Shown: positions 25,971-37,845, counted from the stretch's first letter. The stretch is DNA of 64,000 bases from Schizochytrium sp. TIO01 (GCA_004764695.1 SMSO01000014.1:2165648-2229647); one strand, 5' to 3'. Notes: generated by a model from the sequence alone, not told the origin. Program-made: numbers and translations.

Positions 25971-26653
25971 GATGCTTTATTGGTCTTAAAAACAAACCAA
26001 GTCGAACCATTGCGATTTCCAGGGTGAGTTACACTTATACACGGAGGAGAGCTTGACGACAATCGTTCAAGCTGGCCCAAGATTGATTGCCGTATCGCAT
26101 TGCAATGCTGCTTAACAAAGACTTCGAAAAGCCAACTTTACGTGCACACTCCAACTCGTGTCGATCCTAAAGGTATCATCGAGCACGGGTGTTTCCTTTG
26201 TTTCCTTGAATGTTAGTTTGTGATCAGCATCGTGACGGAGATGCGCCGCGCGGAAGGAAGGGGAGGGGTGTGCGCCATATAAAGTTATTGTGTAAGCAAG
26301 TCCCGGGTCTGGGAGCACCGTATGACAGCAACTCCGAGGATTGCACTTTTTTCTGAACGAAAAGGTAATAGGGAGAAGAAGATGGGGATGACTCGAAAAA
26401 TGAAGAACTAATTGAAAGCCGCTATCGCCATGAAGCAGGTCCAGGGTCGCGACCAAACCCGAAACCGGAGGCGAGAGCTGGACTTTGGAGGGCTGATCAG
26501 ACTCATCTGCTACTGCCAAAAGTTTAGACTTAGCAGGCTTGCGTCAGAAGTTGCAGGCCTGAAAGGTAGCTCGGCAAGCACCAACTGCAACACAGATACC
26601 TTGGGTCTAAATAACTCTTGTATAAATACACGCTAAATTTGCAAATTTAGAAG

Positions 26654-28432
26654 ATGGGAGGCCGAGTTTCATTGCAGCGGTCTGGGTCCACTGTGGCTAC
26701 GCAAGTTCGTGGTGCAGCAGCGGCAGCAATTGCAAGAGCAGCAGATGAAGATTATGCGGCCGTCATAGAACAACCAAGAGCAGCGGCACTTGTATGGAGT
26801 CTTCCACAAACTGCAGAACAAGTGGCGCAGCTTGTCCGTGCACTTGTCCGTGCTGGTATGAGCTTGCCTGAGGACGATGGGGCAGATGAAAGCGAAGAGG
26901 AGCTCACATCCTTAAAGGATTCACTCGTTAATAAGGTCCCGGTGGCTTTAGATCCCAATGTTCTGGAGCGTTGGAGAATTCCTCTTTCGATTTTGGAGCG
27001 ATCTGCCCAAGACTTTGATGTTCCCCACGAGGATCTTGTTGAGGCGGGCTTGTGGCTTCTCCTTCTGCATGGACAGGACACCTCATTAGATGATGATGAA
27101 GATGACGTCTGGTCAAGCTTTGCTCCAGAAGATCTCTCGCCATTTCGCGCCGTCCTCTTATTGGCCGGCACTTCGCTATTTGGTGGTAAATTCGTCCGAG
27201 CATTTGCTGCAAAGCTTAGCGTAGAAGTAGATGAAGCTGTGGCATATAATGATGCGCTTGAAGAAGTAATCGGAGCGCATGGGAATCGCTTTCTCTCTGA
27301 CTGTCAAGCCCTGGAGGCCATTCTTGATGATTGTGATTGGGTTGGCTTTGATCTTGATAACACACTGGTTCGCTACGAGCGCTCGGCGGCGTTCGCTACT
27401 CGATACGAAGCTGTGGTTAAACACATTAAAAATGGACTTCGAGATGAGGAGGACGAGTCAGTCTTAGCAGTTCTACAACAGGTTCCTGATGAGCTCGAGG
27501 AGAAGTACTTGTGGCTATGTGAAAAGAAATGTCTTGTTATTGATAATATTAATGGCTTCCTGCTCGTTGTTGATGCTAACTTTCGGGTGATCTTTGGTCT
27601 TTTAGGCTCTTCTGTTGTTTCTCGAAAAGACTTTGAAGAGCAAGATTATTTCTCAGAACCCCTCGATCTCCAGGACAAAGATCGATTCTCTGTTCTACAT
27701 ACTGAAATAGAGCAACCTTTTGCTGGAGTGTTGGCAGCGTTTTTAGATGCTGATGAACGAAGAGCAGATCCCCAAGTTCGGCAAGCATGGACCGAACGGA
27801 TTCGTGATGCCTTCGTATTTGTACAAAGCCGCTTTTGTGCATTTAGTTTTGAAGCGAAATTGAGCACGTCACCTCAGGACTACGTTCAAGCCCGTCTTGT
27901 TAAAGTCCTCCCATGGCTCAAGAAACTTGTTCAAAAGCGATCTTGCAAATTGTTTATCCTCACAAACTCAGATTGGACACACACTCAGGCAGTTATGAAT
28001 GCGGCATTTGGAAGTGGGGCTTGGCGTTCACTTTTTACTTTGGTCGTAACAAGTAGCTCAAAGTCCAGCTTTTTTGTTAGCACAGACTCTGGGAATGCTA
28101 TTGCTCCAAAAGAGATGGGAGAAGACGGAGTGCTTTCTGGAGGTAACGCAATTGGGCTTGCCGAAGTTTTGGGCGTTGATGCAGATGACAAAGAAGCTGC
28201 AAGACGAGTCGTTTACTTTGGTGATCACCTTGAACAAGACGTGCGTTCTCCAAGAAATTTTGGTTGGACGCCTGTTGCTATCGTAGAACCGACTGCTCTC
28301 ACGCTGCTTCCCGGCTTAAAGTGGCCTGCTTTAGCAGCAAGGCTTGCCTCCGATGCGCAAGTTGTCGTACCTGACCTTATTACTGTTTCAAAGCCACGCG
28401 CAGCATCAAAAGATTTCGATCTTCAATCTTAA
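26654..28432 (+). CDS. HAD-superfamily 5'-nucleotidase domain protein (NT5DC/cN-II-like) with an N-terminal extension
   Basis: Motif I WVGFDLDNTLVRY, motif II LFILTNSDW, motif III K (SSKSSFF), SGGN, motif IV VYFGDHLEQDV followed by GWTPVAIV. Confidence 0.85.
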   Translation: MGGRVSLQRSGSTVATQVRGAAAAAIARAADEDYAAVIEQPRAAALVWSLPQTAEQVAQLVRALVRAGMSLPEDDGADESEEELTSLKDSLVNKVPVALDPNVLERWRIPLSILERSAQDFDVPHEDLVEAGLWLLLLHGQDTSLDDDEDDVWSSFAPEDLSPFRAVLLLAGTSLFGGKFVRAFAAKLSVEVDEAVAYNDALEEVIGAHGNRFLSDCQALEAILDDCDWVGFDLDNTLVRYERSAAFATRYEAVVKHIKNGLRDEEDESVLAVLQQVPDELEEKYLWLCEKKCLVIDNINGFLLVVDANFRVIFGLLGSSVVSRKDFEEQDYFSEPLDLQDKDRFSVLHTEIEQPFAGVLAAFLDADERRADPQVRQAWTERIRDAFVFVQSRFCAFSFEAKLSTSPQDYVQARLVKVLPWLKKLVQKRSCKLFILTNSDWTHTQAVMNAAFGSGAWRSLFTLVVTSSSKSSFFVSTDSGNAIAPKEMGEDGVLSGGNAIGLAEVLGVDADDKEAARRVVYFGDHLEQDVRSPRNFGWTPVAIVEPTALTLLPGLKWPALAARLASDAQVVVPDLITVSKPRAASKDFDLQS

Positions 28433-29724
28433 GTGAAATCTGACTGCCGCATTTCGGCTAGCTTTTTTTTGTGCTTTATTCACTGCAGATTACTTAGCAC
28501 CATACATTTCGATCGTGTACATTTGGGCAAAGCCGTCGCTCATGTAGAGTTCCGGTGAGTGGAATTGTTCATCTGGATATTCATATATATAGTGTTTTTA
28601 TTTGTTTTTAGGATTTCCCTCGATTTTTGTAATTTGAATGTTTTGTGTGTCTCGTTTTACCTCTTCTTCTGCTGCTAGTGTTTGTCATACAGCCCCTTCA
28701 TACAGTAAGGGCAATTCGCGAATAATCTAATCCCAAACCAATCTTCAGCACAAATACTCATTTGTGATTTAGGTCCTAGGCTCTATAAAAGAGCTGAGCC
28801 AAGACAACTAGGCGTGGTTTTGTCGGGATCGCTAAATGTGGGTCAACCTTTCTTGCTATCGTTTTATTCATTCGTGTGGTAAACATGTTCCTTCAGATCC
28901 AATTTTGAAGATTCGCATTCCCAAATATATATAAGGTGAACTCTTAGACATCATGTCACAAGGTGACTGCTGCGTGCAACGCAATCACTAACGAACCCTT
29001 TGTCGTATTGGGCACAGTTTATACTGCGACAGTCTAGCTGTGGCTTCTGAAGCTTAAAGTTTGTAATAAAAGTTCCTACAAAGCATTACCAATGCTATCG
29101 TTTGTGACACAACCTACCACAAAAAACCTCCGTCCCACATAAAAGGTCAAGGAAACGCGTCTCTCTTTTGACGGCCACCACCCGTTACCCACACATTGAC
29201 AGCAGCCTTGAGGAGAAGAACAGCCCCTACTAGTTACAAAATCTTGCTTTTGCAATTCACGAACCACTCTTGCAAATATGAAACCCTATGTTGAACTTCA
29301 CCCTGGCTACCCTTACAGTGGTACTAGTGTACAAAAGAATAATTTGGGAACTCTCTTTAGTTCGAGTTGGATTCTGCAGAGTATCACTGATTTTTTCACT
29401 TACCAGACATTCTTTTACCTAAACCTTTACTACCTACTTATGAAAGTCACTATTACCGCACGATGCATGGTGGGCAACCCAACGAAACGGCGTGTGCTAG
29501 AAGTGCGAAGTTTTGAGTCAAGAACTTCTTCTCCAAAAGTAATCGGTGGCTTTCGTTTCCCACTCAAATCTAAAAGTAATAAAATAAGTTTTATTTTTTG
29601 AAGTTCAAGGTGGTAAGAGTGAAGTAGCATGTTCTTGTATTGATCAATTGCATTACATCGATTCATTTTCATCTCCATTGAGGTACTACCATATATACGT
29701 CGCAGGAGACACCAACGCGCAGCC

Positions 29725-32628
29725 ATGGTGCACAGCGTTGATGAGGTGGACAATGACATGAACCACACTGAAGAAGCCTCGGTGGGCTCCTCTGAAAGTA
29801 CTGGCACAAGCGACGAAGAATATGATCTCTTCGAGGTGTCTGACTCTGGCCTCGATGCTGGACGCGAGCATCACAGCCAAAGCTTGCTGGAGCCCAACTC
29901 AGCATTCGAGGAAACAGAAGCTAGACTTTTAATGCGATCGAACAGCAGCAGCCAAGATCTCCCAGATCCTCCAATACCACCACAACCTGGAAACTTTGCT
30001 CGTCAGACTTCTCGTGGTGGAAGTAAGAAAAAAGAAGGCAACGAATCCGCTGGATCACTCAGGATAGCTCTTCTTGTTGCAATTGTCATTGTGGATCTCG
30101 TGCTATGCATTTGCTTTGACCATGTCACAAGACGTCACAGCACCAAAGTTGTGGGTATCTCGGATGGTGTGCTGCTTTTCAGCATCGGCCGAGCAGTTGT
30201 AAATCTTCTTGCGTTAACCATTTGCATTCGCTGGGCTCATGCAAACAGGCATGTGCAGGCCGAGGGCCTTGCTGCAGCTTACGCTGATCTCAGTGCTTCA
30301 GAAATTCGTCGACCCCTCCTTGCTGAGGCAAGACCCCTGGGATTTCACCGCTCCGCTTCTATGGTTGGTATCGAGCTTTCAGATCCGAGCGTGAACCCTG
30401 AAATTCGAGCGTATCGCGTCCGCAAGCGCGCGGAGATTTGGCGCAATCTTGTACTTAGCGTTGCATTCGCATTCGACACATTCATTGCATTTTACATGGC
30501 TATCAGATGCATTTCAGTTGAGTTTGTGTCACGCAACGTGCAAGTGCCCCTCTTGTTTCTGATCATCCTTGCAGCGAGTAGCGAGTTCTATGCGCTGAAA
30601 TCTGCCGTTGATGTTGTCGGGCGAGACCGTGGCCATCTCATAGAGACACTCCATCATCACAAACTTTATTTCTGGCCTCGCTTGGCGTTTAACACTTGTG
30701 ATATTTGCCACACACGTGTCCGTGGCCGAGGTTATCGCTGCAAGCGCTGTGACTATGATGTGTGCCGGCGCTGCTTCCACAACGCTGTTAGGGCTCTCAA
30801 ACAAGGCGAGCGATTGCAAAAAGTAATAGGCCCAAAGCGAGGGACATCTGCCTCCTTGACATCCAATCCTGTACGCATACTCATCATGCAACATGCAATT
30901 ATGCTTAGTGTTGCCGTCATCTGCGTTCTCGGCAACGCTACAGCGAAAGTTGGCCTCCCAAATTTCCAGGGCCAAATCATTGATGCTGTTTTTGAAAGAG
31001 ACCTTAAAGACTTTCATTCACACGTTCGCATGCTTATAGTATGTGGTCTAATGGTTGTATTTCTGGGTGTGTTGCGAGATGTTTGTGTGGCAATTGTTGG
31101 CCGCAAAATTGCAACCACCGTGCGAAACAATATGTTTAAAGCTCTTATCAGTCAAGAACTTTCTTTCTTTGACCAGAACATGTCTGGAAGTCTAACGGCG
31201 AGCCTCACAAATGACGTAAACGCAATGGTGTCCCCGTGGCGGTCAGTTCTTGTGAGCTTGATTACCAACATTCTTATTATGATTGGTGGTATGTGTTGTT
31301 GTCTCTTCACTTCCTGGAGACTGACCGCTATAGCTTTCACTAGTCTGGTTCCTATAACATACCTTGTTACTGTTTACTCGCGATGGAGCACCAGACTGAA
31401 CCGGGAAATTTGGAGTGGAATATCTGATGCAAACGGAATTGCAACAGAGGCCTTTAACAATATCAGCATGGTAAAGGCTCATTGCACTGAAGCTTCTGAA
31501 GTAGCACGATTTATTGAGGCTACGGGAAATGCGTTAGCCAAAGGTATCAAAGATGCCTTCGGAACGGCACTAGCAAACGTTGTCACCCAAAACCTGAGCA
31601 TGACGGGCACGTTTCTGATTCTTGGATTTGGTGGCTACGAAGCTCTGATGTATGCTGACCGCCTCACCCCTGGCGAGCTAGTTAAATTTATGCTTTACTG
31701 GAACATGATTAATAATGCGTATCGTGAGCTTAATAGTAATCTAGACTCATTTAGCCGTGCTGCCGGTGCTGCCCAACGAGTATTTGCTCTCTTAGAAACC
31801 TTAGAAGATCATTTAGAAGGGCCTGTGCGTGTTCGCTGCGATAGTGAACAGGACCGACCCAGCGTTGATTCTACTACTGGCTGTCTTATTGAGTTTGAAA
31901 ATGTGTCCATGATGTACCCGGCCGCAACCAGACAAAGTTTGCAAAATGTCAGCTTCAAGCTCCTTCCGGGTTCTCTTACTGCTCTTTGTGGAACTAATGG
32001 TGCAGGAAAAACCACAGTTCAAAAACTTTTGCTGGGGTTTTACCCTCCAACATCTGGCAGAATTTATATTGATGGCCATGACCTAGCTATTATGCATAAG
32101 CCAACGTTTCGACGTTACGTAGGTCTTATGCCCCAGGATCCTCAACTGTTTGCTACAACAATCCTTGCAAATATCACTTATGGTCTTGCTTCAGGAGATT
32201 ATACGGAGGAAGATGTTGTCAATGCAGCAAAAGCTGCTCATGCGCATGATTTTATTATGGAACTGAGCAACGGCTATCAAACCAGGGTTGGCGAGCGTGG
32301 CCTTGGTCTAAGTGGAGGTGAGAGGGCCCGTGTGGCTCTTGCTCGAGCCCTTCTTCGCAACCCTCGTTTGCTTATTTTAGATGAACCAACCTCGCATCTC
32401 GACCCAGCTTCTCGACGCCTCGTGGAATTGACGATTTCTCAAATGCTGCAAAGCAAGAAGACAACAGTTCTCATGATTACGCATGACCGTTTGGAGCCTT
32501 TGCAGACGGTTGCTAACTCTGTTATTCTCCTTAACAGGGGAGCTGTAGCGGAAATTGGTACGCATGCTGAACTGAGTGCTAATCACCAGAGCCAGTACCA
32601 TCGCCTTTTCACAGGTATGACCGGTTGA
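29725..32628 (+). CDS. ABCB-family half transporter (extra N-terminal TM helices, Cys/His zinc finger, ABC TMD, NBD), 967 aa
   Basis: Walker A GTNGAGKTT, Q-loop PQDPQLF, signature LSGGE, Walker B ILDEPTSHLD, H-loop ITH. TMD motif QELSFFDQN.SG.L.A.LT.DV is typical of ABCB/TAP-like proteins. Confidence 0.93.
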   Translation: MVHSVDEVDNDMNHTEEASVGSSESTGTSDEEYDLFEVSDSGLDAGREHHSQSLLEPNSAFEETEARLLMRSNSSSQDLPDPPIPPQPGNFARQTSRGGSKKKEGNESAGSLRIALLVAIVIVDLVLCICFDHVTRRHSTKVVGISDGVLLFSIGRAVVNLLALTICIRWAHANRHVQAEGLAAAYADLSASEIRRPLLAEARPLGFHRSASMVGIELSDPSVNPEIRAYRVRKRAEIWRNLVLSVAFAFDTFIAFYMAIRCISVEFVSRNVQVPLLFLIILAASSEFYALKSAVDVVGRDRGHLIETLHHHKLYFWPRLAFNTCDICHTRVRGRGYRCKRCDYDVCRRCFHNAVRALKQGERLQKVIGPKRGTSASLTSNPVRILIMQHAIMLSVAVICVLGNATAKVGLPNFQGQIIDAVFERDLKDFHSHVRMLIVCGLMVVFLGVLRDVCVAIVGRKIATTVRNNMFKALISQELSFFDQNMSGSLTASLTNDVNAMVSPWRSVLVSLITNILIMIGGMCCCLFTSWRLTAIAFTSLVPITYLVTVYSRWSTRLNREIWSGISDANGIATEAFNNISMVKAHCTEASEVARFIEATGNALAKGIKDAFGTALANVVTQNLSMTGTFLILGFGGYEALMYADRLTPGELVKFMLYWNMINNAYRELNSNLDSFSRAAGAAQRVFALLETLEDHLEGPVRVRCDSEQDRPSVDSTTGCLIEFENVSMMYPAATRQSLQNVSFKLLPGSLTALCGTNGAGKTTVQKLLLGFYPPTSGRIYIDGHDLAIMHKPTFRRYVGLMPQDPQLFATTILANITYGLASGDYTEEDVVNAAKAAHAHDFIMELSNGYQTRVGERGLGLSGGERARVALARALLRNPRLLILDEPTSHLDPASRRLVELTISQMLQSKKTTVLMITHDRLEPLQTVANSVILLNRGAVAEIGTHAELSANHQSQYHRLFTGMTG

Positions 32629-32979
32629 ACGAGACGATGTACGCCTGATTTGAATTCTTTGCATTCTTCATTCTTTCCTTGTTTTTGTTTTTATAAAGTA
32701 ATTTTTGTATCATGTCCTTGTCACTCATTTCGGATGGCAAGTTTTGCACACAATAAAATGCATTGCAGAAAAGAATGAATGTATTCAGAATTCAGTTATT
32801 GATTTATATGAGATTTCGACGAAGGTGAGCACTAGTGTTTTGCTACCCGTGTTTTCTGGCCAAGTTCATCATTGAAGCAAAGTGAATACAATAGTAATGA
32901 AATATAAATCTTACTCTATTTCCTCTCTCTGTTCTAGGAAAATTTAATTTTAAAACGGAAAACATGGTAGTGTCTTTTT

Positions 32980-35900
32980 CTACTCTTCTCCAAGTAAACA
33001 CTTTTGCAGAATTCGATCAATTTCACTGAAGACCTTCGATCCCTTAATCAAGACGTGCTGAGCACCAGCAACGAGCATCTGTCGCCTCTCGTCATCTGAT
33101 TCATTGCCAGTAAGTCCAACAATAGTTCCGATGTACCCTGCATCTCGCAGAATCTTGATCGTTTCAGAGCCACTGTAGTGATCTGCGCCCATATCTTGAT
33201 CAATAGTGACTAAGGAAAATGTCATGTTCTGTTCCAAAGCCATTCGGATTACGTCTTCGCCAAAAGCGCCCTCCATAACTCGAAGCCGGCGACCCAGCTT
33301 TTCTAAAGGCCACTTGAGTTTACGAAGCCGGCGACTGAGTGTCAAACGAATGATGTCATCATCATCTACCACAAGTACATCCACGTCACGTGGGAGTTCG
33401 ACCTCATTTGCAAGTGGTGGTGAAGGCAAGTCATCGCCCGAAGTGGATACATCTCCAGAAGATGCCCCGCCTCCGTTCGTGGCGCTATTTGAGACCTTGA
33501 CGGGACCTGGTCCTGTTGGAGAAGCAGCAGCAGGAGGAATTACAATCGGAATGCGAATCTCAAAAATGGTGCCCTGGCCCTCTACATTGTTTGATTTGAC
33601 TACAATAGAGCCACCACAGCCCTTCACGACAAAATCCTTTGCAAAACTGAGACCAAGACCAGTACCAACTCGATGAGAGCCTGTTGCAAGGCGCTTGTAA
33701 GGCTCGAAGATCACTGCACGCTTCGCCTCAGGAATACCAATTCCGGTGTCTCTTACCTGGATAATTGCAACATTGTTTTCTACCTTTGCTTCAAGAACAA
33801 CAACTCCATTGTCACAATTATACTTGAAAGCATTGCTCATTAAGTTCGTAATGGCTTGGTAAAGGTGGGCGGCTGAGCCAACGATATAGCTGTCGAGAGC
33901 TTTCTCACCCAGGATAGGCTTGAAGTGAACATGCTCAGTTGTGCGTTTACGATCTCTGTTCTGTGCGTATGCAACTGCATCATCGAGGACAGTTTTGAGG
34001 CAAATCTGCGTTCGCACGTAGCTGTACTCTTGTGCTTCAATCTTTTGCATAAGTAAGCAATCATCAAAGAGTTGGCCCATGCGGTTGTGAATACGAAGAA
34101 TTTGTTGCATGTCCTCATGCATTGCACTACCCTGCAATTCATCACAAAGATCCTCCACCAAAGTAGCTGCACCAAAGAAGAAGTTACGGTACTCGTGTGC
34201 CACATCTGTTTACAGTTTCCCAGGGGGAAAAGACGGGTCAGTAATTAAATTAACAAACGTAGAGTTAGTTGATCGGCGGGAAGTGAAGTAATATAGTATG
34301 CAGATAAACTCAAACTGCTGCATATTGATGTTCGATTAAATTCGCGAGTCTCCAACTCGCGCAAGTGCTAATAAACTTACATTGTAAAACACGACGAATG
34401 TGGGAGCTATCGGCCATGGCTTGGGCTAAAGAGCTGCTCCCCTGCACTAGCTTAGAACGCAACTCCTCCCTAAGTTGGACTTCCGCCCCAATGTCTGACG
34501 CACTCACAAAACATTGGCCGTTGCGTAGCTTTGTGACCGAGAAGCCATACCATGCAACACTGTGCTCACCCTTGCGGACCTGCTTAATTCGAGCCTCGAT
34601 AGTGTTTGTGGTATCTGGGTCTGATGAAAACGTTTTTGCTAACAAGGCCTCCACCTTCGGTCGATCACCTTGCGTGACGATATTGAAAAGTGATTGCAAA
34701 GTGGTATAGGCATCTAAGCTAGGAATTTGATGGAACAAACGGCGACATGATTTACTCACCATACCAATGGGAAGCTTCTCAATTGGTGTGTGCGCATTGA
34801 CATGAGCAGCTTCCAGAGCACCCATACGAAATCCTGGATCGGCACCAAACATGAACAAGAGTGAGGGAGTTGCCTCAAGCATGCTATTAAGTTTCGTGAG
34901 CAGTGTATGCTCTTCAGTCACATCGCTCATCACCAAAGTGTAGTAGTCGAGCGCCTGAGTCACCTCAACATGAACATATATAGAGTTACCATGCTTTGTG
35001 ATGGCACGGAAAGTACGCCGTTCTTTGTTTGTTTGAGGGGTACCTCCAAATGAACTAACAATCGTCTCACTTCCATCATCCGAAGCTGTTTCAGAAATCG
35101 AGAGAAGGTTGCGAACTCCGAAGCAACTGAGATCTTTAAAGTCTGGGCCAAACATTGAAAGTGGACGATCAATCACATCACGCGCACGATAACCTAGCGC
35201 AGCAAGGCCGTGGTGGTTCATGAACTTAATAGATAAATCTCTGTCCACCACCACAACACCACTAGAAACGTTACGGATGATTGCAGATAGCTGATTACTC
35301 ATAGCAACCTCCTTGGTGACATCAAATAGTGCAATGGTGTATCCCTGGTCATTTTGGGTAATCCGATATTGCATCAGCATCTCAATGCCTGCAAGATTTT
35401 GCATGCGCAAGATTTGCTCACCAGGCGTACCGAGCTCGGAGTTTGTGCTGTCATCGCGGGATGTGCCAGTAGAGCGACTGGACTTGCGACGACCAAAGCC
35501 ATTAAATAGTTGTGCAGAGGAAAAGTGAGACCCGGAAGCAACAGAAGCAGCTTTATCATTTGTATCAGGAGCAACGGATTCATTGTCGTTTTCTGTGATC
35601 TTGGCGGTGTGCATGAGGTCATCGACGGCACCGTCAACTCCTCTCGGATTTGAAGAACAGAGTAAAGAGCGAATATTGGAACCAATAATTGCCTCTGCTG
35701 TGCCACCATTACAGAATGCACTCACAGCAGACTTATTTACGTAGTCGATATTGAGGTGATGATCAAGAACAAACACAGGTGCGTCCATAGAAGCGAGACG
35801 TTCCACGCGCTCACGCTGTTCAAAAGCCTCAGTGACATCCGTAAAGCATGCTGTAAATCCATCATCACCGTCGCAAGTGATGGCAATGTACATGAGAAGG

Positions 35901-37618
35901 CGAGCACCATCTTTTCGCCGACCTTCCACGAGGCGAGTACGATTGATGATTTTGGTCTGACCTGTGCGATGATACCGTTCAATATACGATTCATGGTTCT
36001 CGCTATCTTTCGGCATCATGAGCACGCTTACATTGCGCCCGAGCAGTTCACCAGTCTTGTAACCAAAGACCTCCTCGCCATTCGGGTTTACATACGTAAT
36101 CTTCATGGATTTGTCTGCGCGAACGACAGGCGAAGCCATGGAACTCAAAATTTTTGATGTGCGGTCCGCTAGCTCAAATTCACGAGTTACATTTGTGAAA
36201 ACGGCACAGAATCCATTACTCATGGCATCCTGAGTGACTGTGAGATAGAGTTTAAGCAAAGAGCCATCTTTGGCCATGCCATCTACGAGGCGAGGCCTTT
36301 GACCAATAATGCGACCTTTGCCGGTTGTCCTGTATCGATTCACATAGGAATCATGGGAGTCCCGGTCGCGTCTGGTCATAAGAATGTTCACGCTTTGTCC
36401 GACGAGTTCGTCGCGCGTGTATCCAAAAATGTCCAAGGTGTTGGTATTGACAAAAGTGATTTTCATCTGTTCGTCTACACGGACCACAGGTGTGGCCACG
36501 GAGGAAAGGATGCGGTCTGTATGATCTTCGAGGAGGTGCTCGCGAGTTGCATCAACAAAAACAGCGCAGTAACCATCGAAAGTGGCATGACGGTTAACTG
36601 TGAGCAAGAGGCGCAGCTCACGGCCGTCTTTGCGTAGCCCTACGACCGGGCGGGGCGTGCGGCCAATAACACGAGCCTGCCCGGTGCTCTGATACCTATG
36701 CACATATTTATCGTGGGCCTCTCTGTCAGGTTTACCCATGAGCACATTGACTTTCTGCCCTACAAGCTCTCCCGGTGCGTAGCCAAATGTTTCTTCCGCA
36801 CATGGGTTCGCAAACGTGATAATCATATCATTCGTTGCCGTGAACACCGGGTTTGGCATGGATGAGAGCAGCCTTTCGATGGCTTCTGAGCGCACCGCTG
36901 AGGAATTTCTTGATGATGGCGAGCTTTCCTGCGACAGCACGTCGAGTGTGCGCTCCATCACCACCGCTGTGAATCCGGTCTCTCCGGCGCAATTAATCCT
37001 CACCATGACTCTCGCACTCTCTGAGCGCAGCCCCCTTTGCAGCGGCAGTGTCGCCACAACCTCGAGTTCCCTCGCGGCAATACTGCTGTTCGTAATCACC
37101 GACGGCCTTCCCACACACCTGCCTCCGCTAGCCTCCTTGCCTAGAGCAGATTTCAGGCTCCCTGAACTGCACACGCTGCCGCAAAGTGACTCGTCGCTGC
37201 GCTTCGGGACAACAGTTTCCTCGTTGCTCGTGTCCTTGCGTTCCTCGTGCGGAGACCCTCCGGTGGCGGGATCTCCAAGGCCCTTCTCCGACAAGTCGAG
37301 GCCGGCAATCCATTCCTTAATTTCTCTTGCCGCGTTCTGCTCGAACTTGAGAATCTCGTCGAGTGCCGCGTCGGGTTTCGGGTCATCAAGAAGAGCTACG
37401 GCGCGCGAGTTACACGCCACGCTGCGAAGTCTTTCATCGCTGTCCAGCACTAGCGCCATCACCGCTACGGGTAGCGCCGCGAAGGACTGCGCCCAGCGAG
37501 CGCTGTCAAATCTTCTTGTCACCACAGATGGCCGCCGTACCTGAGTTGCAGAAGAAGATGACGACAACGACGACATCGAAGAAGCGCCCGCGCGAGCGCC
37601 GCTGCCCACAGTCGCCAT
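32980..37618 (-). CDS. Multi-PAS hybrid sensor histidine kinase (PAS array, HisKA, HATPase_c, REC); complement(join(32980..34205,34381..37618)), ~1487 aa
   Basis: Splicing gives ...RRVLQ-Y-VAHEYRN (H-box). N-box QAITNLMSNAFKY, G1 VRDTGIGI, F IFEPY, G2 GTGLGLS. Receiver: VLVVDDD, TIDQDM, GLTG, LIK. The upstream exon holds about 5-6 PAS-like repeats. Confidence 0.9.
34206..34380 (-). other. Spliceosomal intron of the histidine kinase (175 nt)
   Basis: GTAAGT donor at 34380, ACTAAC branch near 34264-34269, AAACAG acceptor ending 34206. Joins the two ORFs in frame (T|AT = Tyr). Confidence 0.88.
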
Positions 37619-37845
37619 GACTGTGAAGCCTGTGTTTCTATTCCACTGCCTAAGCTTTCCTCAGAAAGAGTCGGCTGCCTGTCTGTCAGGCCGCCAGACG
37701 CGAACGAGGTTTGGCGTCACCTAGTTTTGTTAAAGTTTAGTTTCGAACTCAGTTGGTAATTGATTGACCAACTAACTTTAAAACAACAAACAACAAATAT
37801 AATCTACAGGCACCTTTGTCGAGTTTTCAAATTGATTTCTCAGGT

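Noticed and set aside
36816-37544. Long antisense ORFs overlapping genes (also 21700..22314, 55265..56059 and others)
   Set aside because: Shadow ORFs opposite well-supported CDSs; no independent motifs.
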